DNA of 63,761 nt from an uncultured Bdellovibrionales bacterium (GCA_964500125.1 CAZCMV010000005.1:1-63761), one strand, 5' to 3'; shown: positions 17,629 to 27,680, numbered from the stretch's first letter. Notes: generated by a model not told the origin, from the letters alone. Program-made: numbers and translations.

Positions 17629-20082
17629 TTATAATTCTATGGAAAATTTTTCACCTCGCTTAATTCCTCCTTCGATAATCTTGCGCGCAATCAGATCTTC
17701 AACAGTGTTTTCAACATAGCGATTAAGTGAGCGAGCTCCAAACATTGGATTATAGCCATTGGCAATCACATTTTCCACCACAGAATCACTAAAATTAACC
17801 ATAATATTCTTTTCCGTTTCTAATCTGCGCGCAAGTTTTTGCAAAATAAGTTTTGTCACGCTTCGCAATTCTCCGTCATTAAGGGGCCTGAAGAAAATTA
17901 CTCCATCAAAACGATTCAATAATTCCAGGCGGAAAATTCCCTGTTCAACAACATGATCGATTATTTTTTGTTTGATATCTTTAGCAGTTTCTCCTTTCAC
18001 TACCAAATCTTTAATGAGCGGAGCGCCCGCATTGGAAGTGGCAATTATTATCATGTTGCGAAAATTTATTTTTTCACCAAATGCATCGGTAACAAAACCT
18101 TCATCGAGAATCTGAAGAAATAAATCAAGAACAGAAGGATACGCTTTTTCCACTTCGTCCAATAGTAGTAATGTGTAAGGATTTTCCTTAGCCTTACTTA
18201 TAAGCAAACCAGGCTGATTCAAATTTGCATTACCAATCAAACGATCAATTGAAGCAGGATTTTGATATTCACTCATATCTAAACGAATCATATTTTCTTC
18301 GCCACCAAAATATGCCCGCGCCAAAGCTTTGGCGGATTCCGTTTTGCCTACACCAGTCGGTCCCAAAAACAAGAAGCTTCCGATCGGTTTTTTTTCGTCG
18401 CCAATGCCAGAACGTACACGCCTAAGAGCTTGTGCGATTTGATTTATTGCTTCTTCTTGTCCTATAACATGTCTATGCAAAGATTCTTCGAGATTAAGCA
18501 ATTTTTTTCTTTCACCAGCACCAAGCTCTCCGTGTGGCACACCAGTTTTTAAAGTCAAATATTCGTTTATTGTTTCCGGTGTAATATATTTGCTATTTTG
18601 CTTTCCTTGCCACGCAGTCAACACTTCCATTGCCAAATCAAGCGCTCGCTCAGGCATCGGATCACGCCAATTGTATTTCTCCGCATCCTGAATAATTGTT
18701 TTCAGTGCAGGCCAAGTAAACAATACTTTTTCCGACTCATGCCAAGACATTTTTTCCAAAAGAATTTGCATGGTTTCCTCCTGCGTTGGTTCTCGCAATT
18801 CAACCACTTGAAAATACTTGGCAATTGATTCTTGCTTCTCAATTAACGTGTGATATTCATGCGGGGTGGAAGTAGCAATCAATTGAAATGAATATATTCC
18901 CAAAAATTCATTCAGTACCAAGGAAATGTCGGGATGAAAAATATTTTCCTGCTTACCCAAATAATGTTCAATGTGTTCGATCACCAAAATAATATTTCCA
19001 GCATATGCCACCTCGGTAAAAATATTGCGTAGCATATTTTCCACATCCTCCCCCCTGCTTAAACAATCGGAAATTGCACTACCAATATCCAGCAAAAGCA
19101 ACCTTTTGTGTGCAAAATAACCATCCAATTCTCTTTGTCTAATCTGCCTACCAAGAGAATGAATAAGTGTTTTTTTACCAACACCAGCAGCGCCGACAAG
19201 CAGCGCGCAATTTTGATCCGGACGCTGCAAGATCATGCTAACAATTTTCTTTTCATCATGACGACCAATCAATTTAGAATCACGATATTCCGTGGGATCA
19301 CCCAGACTAAGATCTGTGACATAATGATCAAGATTAACTGTGTAACCATAGCGCCATTGCATTCCGATTGGCATTATTCTTGCCAAATTTTCTTCGCTCC
19401 AAAAATCTTTTTTTTCCTTTTTTTTATCTACAATATTGCATTCATATGAAACTATTTCAATAAAGTCTTCATAACTGATACCATATTTTTTCAAATATTG
19501 CCCAAATAGTTGTTCACTTTCCAGAAGTTCACGCGGAATATCTGCTACTGACAAACCCATTCTTTCAGCGATTCTTTGAAAAATTGGCCTCGTAAATAAA
19601 TCGTGATGTGATAGTTCTGACATTTTTATCCTTGTAGCGTTGCGATATGACCAAAAAATAATCAAAAAATATATAAATTCCACTCCAACTACCGGAAACA
19701 AAAGTTGTCTATTTAAAAAAATTATGATTATAGCTCCTATAATCAAAAAAGGGAATGCGATCCATGAAATAAGAAAGCTCAAACTGAGCAGCAATGCCAA
19801 GCTGACCATTATCAATCCTGAAGTCAAAACTAAAAAACGCACAGTAGCACCAACAAAGCGTGAGATAATGTTTTCCGCCAAGGTTTCCAAGGCTCGTATC
19901 GGATGAATACCACGCCAGGATTTTGGAGTAACATCGCGATGCCAAGGATAAAAAAGCGTAGCAGCCATTTCGCCGATTGAAAAAAAACGCCACAAAAATG
20001 CAATGTAACGCTTTTCCAATTCCAAAAGGCCGTGCAAACCGCCTTCATAAAACCACGCGAAAATATTCTGCCTCGTTTTCAT
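17629..20082 (-). CDS. Membrane-anchored ClpA/ClpB-family double AAA+ ATPase
   Basis: 817 aa. An N-terminal region of about 150 aa carries 3-4 TM helices. AAA-1 has Walker A VGAAGVGKKT. AAA-2 has GPTGVGKTESAKALA, LLLLDEVEKA and a ClpB_D2-small-like C-terminus. Confidence 0.85.
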   Translation of the reverse strand: MKTRQNIFAWFYEGGLHGLLELEKRYIAFLWRFFSIGEMAATLFYPWHRDVTPKSWRGIHPIRALETLAENIISRFVGATVRFLVLTSGLIMVSLALLLSLSFLISWIAFPFLIIGAIIIIFLNRQLLFPVVGVEFIYFLIIFWSYRNATRIKMSELSHHDLFTRPIFQRIAERMGLSVADIPRELLESEQLFGQYLKKYGISYEDFIEIVSYECNIVDKKKEKKDFWSEENLARIMPIGMQWRYGYTVNLDHYVTDLSLGDPTEYRDSKLIGRHDEKKIVSMILQRPDQNCALLVGAAGVGKKTLIHSLGRQIRQRELDGYFAHKRLLLLDIGSAISDCLSRGEDVENMLRNIFTEVAYAGNIILVIEHIEHYLGKQENIFHPDISLVLNEFLGIYSFQLIATSTPHEYHTLIEKQESIAKYFQVVELREPTQEETMQILLEKMSWHESEKVLFTWPALKTIIQDAEKYNWRDPMPERALDLAMEVLTAWQGKQNSKYITPETINEYLTLKTGVPHGELGAGERKKLLNLEESLHRHVIGQEEAINQIAQALRRVRSGIGDEKKPIGSFLFLGPTGVGKTESAKALARAYFGGEENMIRLDMSEYQNPASIDRLIGNANLNQPGLLISKAKENPYTLLLLDEVEKAYPSVLDLFLQILDEGFVTDAFGEKINFRNMIIIATSNAGAPLIKDLVVKGETAKDIKQKIIDHVVEQGIFRLELLNRFDGVIFFRPLNDGELRSVTKLILQKLARRLETEKNIMVNFSDSVVENVIANGYNPMFGARSLNRYVENTVEDLIARKIIEGGIKRGEKFSIEL

Positions 20083-20186
20083 TTTGTGTTTATTTTTTGT
20101 ATACGCAAATACTATCCAACTACCCCAATTTTACCCCAACCCTAACTGCTTTGCAAATCACCTCTCCCAAGGTATAATTAACCAAG

Positions 20187-21983
20187 ATGAAACATAGGAC
20201 ATTTTCCCCAAACGACTGGAATATCTTGCTTGCCGGAGCACTCACTTGGGTTATTTTTGCTTTGGGAGCGATAATTTTTGCGCTTTTGGGAATTTTTTGG
20301 AAACCCTTGATAATAACCCTATTTTTTGCGACATTTTTCGGTTTCATCGTAGTGGTATTCCTCAAGGGCTGGCATCGTACTGCTTCCTTGGAGCTATTTG
20401 CTATCTTAATCATATCCTTTTTTGTAGCCTATATTTGGACGCAGTACACCCAGCCAACTATTTTTTCTGGTCGCGATCAGGGTTCAATCAGCGAAGCCGC
20501 CATTCGTTTGACCGAGAATCAAATCTTGCCGTTTTCCACAATCGAAAGCCAAGAATTTTTCAAAATATACGGTCCAGGAAAGGCACTCAATTTTCCCGGC
20601 TTTTTCTATTCCTCTAATGGCTCATTGGTAACTCAATTTCCCTTGGGCTACATTTGTTGGTTGGGAGCATGGTTTTCATTACTAGGAATTTTTGGCTTGA
20701 TTCTAGCAAATACTTTGCTAGCCTGGTTTTTTCTTATCATGTCATATGCACTCATGCGTCGTTTCGTCTCTCCTCTTCCCTCTTGGCTGTTTTTTCTCTT
20801 ATGTTCAACTTCTTTTCAGTTCGTTTGGTTTTCGCGCTTTACTCTAAGTGAAAACATGGCATTGCCTCTGCTTATAACTTCCATACTTTCACTGCATCTT
20901 TTCACTTTAAACTCCAGACGCGGATCATATGCAGTATGGTTTTTATCAACCTTGACTTTAGCGCTCACACGCATAGAGGGACTTGCCATTGCATTTGTCG
21001 GCTTGATGGTTATTTTTTCTTATCGCCACACACGCCATTATATTCGCAAACATGCCAAGTATACTCTTGCAATTCCAGCCGCAGCGTCTCTTGTCTTACT
21101 TACTCTCAGTGCATATCATGATTGGGCTTTTTACCGCGAGATGGCCAAAGTCATAAAAAGAATTGTAATGCCGACCACGAATCAAATATCCGCAATAGAT
21201 ACATCTTTATGGCTAGAGAATTTACATTTTTGGAAAATACTTTGGTCATATTCTTTGGCTCCATATATCATCCTTGGCCTTGTGGTCATAGCAATAGCTT
21301 TTATCAAAGGGCGTTTTCGTTTACTTTTGCCTTTTTTTATAGCCTTACCTACATTTATTTATCTAGCCGACCCTCATATCTCCATTGATCACCCTTGGAT
21401 GTTACGCCGTTACATGTTTGCCGCTGTTCCCATATGCATGATGTATAGCGTTATTGGTTTGACAAAAATTTTTAATTCAGAAGAAAAAAATGTTCGAAGA
21501 ATGTTTTTCAAAATATCTGCAATCTTTTTCATCTCAGCCTTATTTATTGGAAACGTAATAGTCCTAAAACCCTATGCCACCTTTGCCGAAAATAGAACTT
21601 TATTTGAACAAACTGAAGAACTCTCCGCTAAATTTTCCTCCGATGATCTAATACTAATAGATCGCACAGCCACGGGAGACGGCTGGGCTATGATTACCAA
21701 TCCCATGAGCTCCCTCTTGGGCAAACATGCTGTATATATATTCAACATCTCGGATATAGAAAAAATAGACCGTTCTAAATTTGCCAAAACATTCCTTATT
21801 ATCCCCAAACAAACAGAAGACGAATATCTTCAAAAACTTGGGGACAAAATAAAGCCTTTTTGTAAATATTTCTTGTCAACTCAACGCTTGGAAATTATTA
21901 ATAAAACAAGAGACTATAACAAAGTAAGTCTTCCCCAGATAAAAGATGTTGTAATCAATGGAACAATATATGAATATAATTAA
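20187..21983 (+). CDS. Polytopic membrane protein, possibly a GT-C-type glycosyltransferase
   Basis: 598 aa with at least 10 TM helices and a soluble C-terminal domain. The architecture resembles the GT-C paralogues, but no motif was firmly recognised. Confidence 0.6.
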   Translation: MKHRTFSPNDWNILLAGALTWVIFALGAIIFALLGIFWKPLIITLFFATFFGFIVVVFLKGWHRTASLELFAILIISFFVAYIWTQYTQPTIFSGRDQGSISEAAIRLTENQILPFSTIESQEFFKIYGPGKALNFPGFFYSSNGSLVTQFPLGYICWLGAWFSLLGIFGLILANTLLAWFFLIMSYALMRRFVSPLPSWLFFLLCSTSFQFVWFSRFTLSENMALPLLITSILSLHLFTLNSRRGSYAVWFLSTLTLALTRIEGLAIAFVGLMVIFSYRHTRHYIRKHAKYTLAIPAAASLVLLTLSAYHDWAFYREMAKVIKRIVMPTTNQISAIDTSLWLENLHFWKILWSYSLAPYIILGLVVIAIAFIKGRFRLLLPFFIALPTFIYLADPHISIDHPWMLRRYMFAAVPICMMYSVIGLTKIFNSEEKNVRRMFFKISAIFFISALFIGNVIVLKPYATFAENRTLFEQTEELSAKFSSDDLILIDRTATGDGWAMITNPMSSLLGKHAVYIFNISDIEKIDRSKFAKTFLIIPKQTEDEYLQKLGDKIKPFCKYFLSTQRLEIINKTRDYNKVSLPQIKDVVINGTIYEYN

Positions 21984-23316
21984 AGAAAAAATTAAAAAAA
22001 ACTTAAATGATTGGGCTTTTTGGACTTTAGTAGCACGCCTTTTTGTATGGCTCTCTTTTTTTATTGCGGGTTTATATTTCCTGCATGTGGTGCTCTTTCC
22101 CTCCCGAACATTTGAATATTTTTTCGACACACCCAGTGCCTTAAAAAACACCGTAGCCGATCCGCGCATAGACGAGCAGTCAGTCAACAAGGGATTGCTA
22201 GACAAAAATTCTCCCCTTGTTTTCAATACCAATTTAGTAGGTTCGTATTCCCACGTACTAATAAGTTTGGAGTTAAATAAAAAATCATCAATACCTGAAG
22301 AATTTCTCTCTAGCATAAGGAGGTCTTATAGAGCTTTCCTTTTTCCTGAAGAAGGAGTTGCGAATTTTGCAGATGGATCATTAATAACCGATGGTGAAAG
22401 TTTCTTCATGATTTCACAGGGAAAAATACGCCAATTCTCGTCAATTGAACAACTCAAAACCCGAGCCCTGGATCCAAAATCTTTCTTATTTGTCAACAAA
22501 GATTCCCTTTCTGTTCTCGACTCTGACATAGCAATAGAAACAAATGAGTTTCCAGATGGATCCTTTCTAAAAATTGATTCTATTTATTACCAAATAAGAG
22601 ATGGCGTTTTATTTAAATTCCTTAGTGACACCGCTTTCAAGACCAACGCTAACGAAACATGGGCACAACTTGCCGATCCAGATTTACTCAACAAATATGT
22701 CCTTTCGGAAATTCCAATTGGATTTCGTGATGGTACCCTGGTTTCATCTAACGAATCTGTCTTTATTCTTTCCGGCGGCAAAAGATATCCCATAGATAAT
22801 GTGGAAACATTCACTGCTATGGGATATTCATGGGATGATCTCATAGCCATAACCCCAGAAGAACTTGGCGCATATGAAAAACAAAAGCTTTTCACGCAAG
22901 ATTCACCTCACCCAGATGGCACTGTATTTGTGGATAAAATCTCCGGAGATTATTTCATGGTTAGCAAGGACAAGAAAAAGCGTTTTATTTCCTCCCTTGC
23001 TGCCCAATCATATTTGCGAGGCTCTTCCGCTATAACAGTAGATGCAAATAGCATCGAAGTCGCTGCTGATTGCAAAATGAATGAATCATTTTCTTTGTTT
23101 TCTAAAAATTTCATTTGCCAAGTACCCTTGATTAAACTTGCCGAGCTTCCAGGAAACGATTTTGAATTCTCTCTTATCTCAAACGTTGATAATGTTAAGG
23201 CAAAATATTTAAACATTACTTTCAAGAAAGTAATCGGCAATGAAAATATGTTTTCATCTCTTGCTCAAATTAAAGGAAACATTAAAAAAAATTACTATGG
23301 AAGTCAACCACAATAA
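21958..23316 (+). CDS. Membrane-anchored hypothetical protein
   Basis: 452 aa with one N-terminal TM helix and a large extracytoplasmic region. It overlaps the upstream gene by 26 nt. Confidence 0.6.
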   Translation: MEQYMNIIKEKIKKNLNDWAFWTLVARLFVWLSFFIAGLYFLHVVLFPSRTFEYFFDTPSALKNTVADPRIDEQSVNKGLLDKNSPLVFNTNLVGSYSHVLISLELNKKSSIPEEFLSSIRRSYRAFLFPEEGVANFADGSLITDGESFFMISQGKIRQFSSIEQLKTRALDPKSFLFVNKDSLSVLDSDIAIETNEFPDGSFLKIDSIYYQIRDGVLFKFLSDTAFKTNANETWAQLADPDLLNKYVLSEIPIGFRDGTLVSSNESVFILSGGKRYPIDNVETFTAMGYSWDDLIAITPEELGAYEKQKLFTQDSPHPDGTVFVDKISGDYFMVSKDKKKRFISSLAAQSYLRGSSAITVDANSIEVAADCKMNESFSLFSKNFICQVPLIKLAELPGNDFEFSLISNVDNVKAKYLNITFKKVIGNENMFSSLAQIKGNIKKNYYGSQPQ

Positions 23317-23329
23317 AATAACAAATATT

Positions 23330-23701
23330 ATGCGTGTTTTGCATGTTGCCCTGCAAGATGCTTTGACTCTGCTGCTACTAGGTTCATTTGGGCTTTTATT
23401 CATGGAAGCTACCCTCCCAGGATTTATTTCAGGTCGAATTTCTTTTGCAATAATAGGGATAGGTATCGCAATACTTTTTTTTGCAAATATACTAGTTGCA
23501 AAAAAAATACATTCTTCCTATCAGCTTAATGAAAAAAAACATCTTCCTTTTGTACCCTTTCTTACAGTATTGCTATTTCTATTCGCAGGCAATGCACTAC
23601 TTAAACTTCCCCTCTGGCAAAATTTAGCTATTAGTGTTGTGCTAACAGCCGCCTTTTCTCTTATTTTAGACTCATCAATTCTTAACGGACGAAAAAAATA
23701 G
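23330..23701 (+). CDS. Small membrane protein (about 123 aa, 4 TM helices)
   Basis: The track ORF starts at 23240, inside the previous gene. ATG 23330 (MRVLHVALQD...) removes that overlap. The start is uncertain; 23297 is also possible. Confidence 0.5.
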   Translation: MRVLHVALQDALTLLLLGSFGLLFMEATLPGFISGRISFAIIGIGIAILFFANILVAKKIHSSYQLNEKKHLPFVPFLTVLLFLFAGNALLKLPLWQNLAISVVLTAAFSLILDSSILNGRKK

Positions 23702-23761
23702 CGGCTGCAAATTAAACCCACACGCTTGGTTTGCATGTTTTTTTGCTTTCACTTGTATATT

Positions 23762-24886
23762 TTAATACTTCCCTTTGATCCAATCCAGCGTTTCCCTTGC
23801 GCACTTATCCCAAGAAAATTCTTTTACTCTTTCAAATCCTTTAACTACCAATTTTTCTCTCAATGAAATATCATCTGTTATGCTGGCTATTTTTTCGCAT
23901 AAATCTTGCACATTTTCCGTTTCAAAATATTGCACTGCTTCACCTCCCACTTCAACCAAGCTTGAATTTCGCGCACAAATTGTTGGCAATCCCGAAGCAA
24001 GAGCCTCGAGCACTGGAATACCAAAACCTTCATATAAAGAAGGAAACACAAAAATTAAAGCATTTCCATAAAGTGCATTCCGCTCTCTAAAATTTATGGT
24101 TCCTGTAACTATTATGTCGTTCTTGTAAGGACTATCGTCTATTCGACGAATAACCCCCTCCCACATCCAAGCTTTTTGGCCAGCCAACACCAATTTTAAT
24201 TGGGGATGTTTATTTTTTATCTTTTCAAATGCCTTGATTAGCACGCTCAAATTTTTGCGAGGTTGAATAGCACCGACGTAAAGAAGGTAGGTTTTAGGTT
24301 TTAGGTTATAGGTTTTAGAAATAGACTCGAATTCTTTTTCATCATGAGTTTCGTTTGTAAATAAGCTATTGTCAAACCCGTGATTAATTACTTTCATCGA
24401 ATCTTCACGACGATCAGGATAAAATTTTTGAATGTCGTTTTTTGTAGATTGAGACACAGCAATAATCTTATCCGCATGTTTAATGGCATAATCAGCCAAA
24501 AAATTAAGCTTTCGCAAATCACTCGGCGGAAAATAGTCTGGAAATATCTTAAACGCAAGATCGTGAATAGTCACTACTGTTTGCAAATTTTTGCGGCGCA
24601 CAAATGGCAAATTATGCATCGGCATCCAAAGCACATCCGGTTCATCACACCAAATTTTGGCTGCAAAAGCGGTTTGTGTCCAAGACAAAGGAAACTGCGG
24701 TCGATGAAATTCATAATTGGGTAATTTTGGCGGATCAAGCTGCGGATTATATTTATCCTTATGATAAAGCAAAAAAGAATCCTTGGGGGAAATTTCTCCG
24801 AACATTTTGAGCATGTTATACATATATACCCGCGTTCCATCGATCCGCTCATGATCCAAATCCGCGGTATGCACAGCAATTTTCAT
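23762..24886 (-). CDS. Glycosyltransferase family 4 (GT-B)
   Basis: 374 aa. C-terminal EX7E region: PSLYEGFGIPVLEALASGLP. Confidence 0.85.
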   Translation of the reverse strand: MKIAVHTADLDHERIDGTRVYMYNMLKMFGEISPKDSFLLYHKDKYNPQLDPPKLPNYEFHRPQFPLSWTQTAFAAKIWCDEPDVLWMPMHNLPFVRRKNLQTVVTIHDLAFKIFPDYFPPSDLRKLNFLADYAIKHADKIIAVSQSTKNDIQKFYPDRREDSMKVINHGFDNSLFTNETHDEKEFESISKTYNLKPKTYLLYVGAIQPRKNLSVLIKAFEKIKNKHPQLKLVLAGQKAWMWEGVIRRIDDSPYKNDIIVTGTINFRERNALYGNALIFVFPSLYEGFGIPVLEALASGLPTICARNSSLVEVGGEAVQYFETENVQDLCEKIASITDDISLREKLVVKGFERVKEFSWDKCARETLDWIKGKY

Positions 24887-24972
24887 GTAATTATTGAGAA
24901 ATAATGGTTTATTTTAGGCTATTTTTTTCATTATATCATATTGACCATTTTTTGAATGCAACCCCTGAAATA

Positions 24973-25001
24973 TTGACAAAATCGCTGGCGTAGTATATAG
25001 T
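24973..25001 (+). promoter_or_regulatory. Sigma70-like promoter TTGACA-17-TATAGT
   Basis: Read directly from the sequence. It lies about 95 nt upstream of the GTG start at 25096, which is preceded by AAGGAGG at 25081-25087. Confidence 0.55.
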
Positions 25002-25095
25002 AAATACAACTGAAAACGAGAGGCTGACGAGGCACCCGTTTTTTTGTTTTTATATAGTTCCTTTACAGGAAAATAAATCAAAGGAGGTATCAGAA

Positions 25096-25649
25096 GTGAA
25101 AGTAGCAGCCATTTTGACTGCTATGGTATTGGTGTGTGTAAATCCGTTTCATAGCGTCTCGAATGCTTATGTAAGGCTCGCTGATGAGCCAAAACGGATG
25201 ATAGCCCGGACTATCACGACTGAGAAAATCACAGTTGTAAAAGAGGTACATGTCAAGACTTCCGCTTATTATGCTCCAACCAGAAATCAGGGTGGAAAGT
25301 ATGCAACCGGAAGTTTTGCAGGAGATGTCAAATTGAATGGCAGCGGTAAAATAACCAAATTTACAGGAAAAAACCGCAAGAAAACCGAACAATAGCAACA
25401 GATCCGGATGTTTTTCCCCCAGGCACCAGACTTCGGCTCTATGATCCGGAGTTACCCAAGAATGAACGAGTGTTCTATGATTTAGTAGCAGAAGATGGGG
25501 GTGGCGCCATAAAGGGCCACAGAATTGACATATATATGGGCAAAGGTAAACATGCCTTAAAAAAAGCACTCAAATGGGGAAAGAAGCGTATGGTGGCGCA
25601 AGTTATTGAAAAAAGAACCAAAAAAGTCACCATTTTAGCGCAAAGATAA
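25096..25649 (+). pseudogene. 3D-domain (MltA/YocH-type) cell-wall protein, split by a frameshift in an A6 run
   Basis: Frame A (25096..25395) encodes a signal peptide plus TSAYYAPTRNQGGKYATGSFAGDVKLNG. The -1 frame (25386..25649) continues RTIATDPDVFPPGTRL..VAEDGGGAIKGHRIDIY. One extra A at 25368-25373 would fuse the two frames. Confidence 0.7.
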
Positions 25650-25702
25650 ATTTACTTTTATCTTATTGATTTAACCAACCAACACACACCGTGTAATTAA
25701 AT

Positions 25703-25732
25703 CGGGTGACGCAAAACGTCACCCGTTTTTTT
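25703..25732 (+). terminator. Rho-independent terminator
   Basis: CGGGTGACG-CAAAA-CGTCACCCG followed by T7. Confidence 0.75.
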
Positions 25733-25814
25733 ATCCCACAATTACCCTTCTTCAGTGATTCCTAGACATTTAATGTCTAGCATACAAGAAAATTAAATGC
25801 CTTCTTTTTTATTT

Positions 25815-26018
25815 CTACAAAATTCCACTATATGCGTCCATCATTATTTTTATGAACCACGGCAAAATTGCCACGACCGCAATTAATGGCAAAACGAAAG
25901 TAACCACCGTAATAATAACCGTCCAAAGAAAATATTTGCGCAGCTTTTCAACCGACGCATACATTGCGTCAATTTTCTTTTCTTGTGCAGTCAGCTTTTC
26001 CAAAATTTCTTGTTCCAT
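25815..26018 (-). CDS. Small membrane protein (67 aa)
   Basis: MEQEILEKLTAQEKKIDAMY... followed by a hydrophobic hairpin. The track start at 26051 is a GTG lying in a repeat word, so ATG 26018 is preferred. No clear Shine-Dalgarno sequence. Confidence 0.5.
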   Translation of the reverse strand: MEQEILEKLTAQEKKIDAMYASVEKLRKYFLWTVIITVVTFVLPLIAVVAILPWFIKIMMDAYSGIL

Positions 26019-26138
26019 ATATTTAGGCGACTCTAATTTACTAATTTGCACTCGAATGACTCGAATATAAAAATACCCTCCTTTAATAACAAAAATTAGT
26101 GATTAAAATTATTTTTTAAATTGGTATAATTAGCGAAC

Positions 26139-27233
26139 TTAATAATCCTCCATTGTAGGTTTATCGATTGCCAAAGGCTCAATGCTTTTTTCCCCACCGG
26201 TAATTTTTACCACATCTTTATCAACCTTTCCCAATTCCTTAAACGTATTATTATAGTGACTTACAGTTGTCGTAAGCGAAGTGCCCATTTTTTGCATAAA
26301 GGTATCAACAGCCATTAGATGCTTTTGCAATTTGACCACATTCGATTTAATTTCCTTGGCGTTTTCTTCAATTTCCATGGCGCGAAGACCCTGAAGCACC
26401 GTTTGTAAATATGCCAAAAAAGATGTTGGCGACACGATAATGACGTGCTTATCACGGAAAGCATATTCAATCATCGAACGCGTATCAATCTTAACCGCAC
26501 CTACTTTGTTTACTAATAAATCATAGTAAATCGCTTCGGAAGGAATAAACATAAAAGCAAAATCCATTGTTCCCTCTTCTGGTTTGATATATTTGGAAGT
26601 TTCGTCGATACGATTTTTCAAATCTTGTTTGAACGATTTTTCCAAAACTTCCCTTTCCGAAGCATCGGACGTATTTAAAATCCTTTCATAGTTTTCCAAA
26701 GAAAATTTGGAGTCAATCGGAACTACTTTATCTTTGACAAAAACAGCAGCATCAACGATCACATTATCTTTAAACGCATACTGCATCTTATATGAATTTG
26801 GCGGCAAAACATTTTTGAGCGTTTCTTCCAAAAAATATTCACCAAGTACGCCACGTTGTTTAGGATTTTTGAGGATATCCTGCAGACTCTGCAATTGGGC
26901 GGAAAAGTTGACTACTTGTTTATTTGTCTCTTCCAATTTTGTAAGACCTGCCACAACATCAGCTATTTGCTTGGCTGATTGCCCTGTTATTCCATGGACC
27001 GTTTGCATAGTATGACTGATTTGTTGTTGAGTCGCTTGGTGCGTCTCAGAAAGTTTTTCGTCAACGGTTTTGCGCATCTGTTCGTTCTGCTGCGAAAGTG
27101 CGGAAAGTCTTTCCATCATAACCGCGAGTTGCTGCTTAGCCTCTATATTAGCACTATCATCTTTTTTTCTCATAAGCAGAAAAATCACAACAGCAAAACC
27201 AATCAGAACAAGTACTAGAAGAATTGAATTCAT
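26139..27233 (-). CDS. rmuC: DNA recombination protein RmuC
   Basis: 364 aa with an N-terminal TM helix, a long coiled coil and a C-terminal RmuC nuclease-like region (FAFMFIPSEAIY). Confidence 0.85.
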   Translation of the reverse strand: MNSILLVLVLIGFAVVIFLLMRKKDDSANIEAKQQLAVMMERLSALSQQNEQMRKTVDEKLSETHQATQQQISHTMQTVHGITGQSAKQIADVVAGLTKLEETNKQVVNFSAQLQSLQDILKNPKQRGVLGEYFLEETLKNVLPPNSYKMQYAFKDNVIVDAAVFVKDKVVPIDSKFSLENYERILNTSDASEREVLEKSFKQDLKNRIDETSKYIKPEEGTMDFAFMFIPSEAIYYDLLVNKVGAVKIDTRSMIEYAFRDKHVIIVSPTSFLAYLQTVLQGLRAMEIEENAKEIKSNVVKLQKHLMAVDTFMQKMGTSLTTTVSHYNNTFKELGKVDKDVVKITGGEKSIEPLAIDKPTMEDY

Positions 27234-27417
27234 ATGTTTTTGTGTATAAATTTGTTATTACTAAGCTATATTCTCATATTTGAGACAACACCGCAAATGA
27301 CGAAATTTTTCCTTTTAAAATGAGTATTATCCCATGAGTGTAGCTATTGATAATTCGGTCATATTTGCTATATTTGTCGTAGAATTACCACAAAAAGACC
27401 CCTTTAAGGTTCTGTCC

Positions 27418-27528
27418 TTACTGGGTGCTTTTTATTATATGCCAGCTTTTCCAATCCAAACGTAAAGTAGACAAATTTAGGTTCTGACTATCAATGAAAG
27501 CGTAATTTGTATTTCTATTTTTTCTCAT
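27418..27528 (-). pseudogene. Truncated NYN/LabA-like N-terminal fragment (36 codons)
   Basis: Translation: MRKNRNTNYAFIDSQNLNLSTLRLDWKSWHIIKSTQ*. It resembles the (Y)AFIDxQNLN start of NYN-domain proteins, but a stop falls after 36 codons. TTGACC-16-TATAAT (27535-27562) ends only 6 nt before the ATG. Confidence 0.35.
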
Positions 27529-27680
27529 AGTGATATTATATCATTTTAACACCCCTGGTCAAATTGCTTTGTTTCAGACATATTTCAAAGTTATCCACAG
27601 CCCATTTCTGCCTGTTCGAATCCCTCTCAAATAAATAAAAAACGAAGAACATTCTCAAAATACTCTTCGTTTTATATGTG

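Noticed and set aside
25002-25095. Riboswitch (for example a cyclic-di-AMP/ydaO type) in the roughly 95-nt leader of the 3D-domain wall gene.
   Set aside because: GAGGC occurs twice as a direct repeat, not an inverted one. No stable helices or known conserved riboswitch cores were found by eye, and the T-run after CACCCG has no upstream complementary arm. Only a covariance-model search could rule it out.
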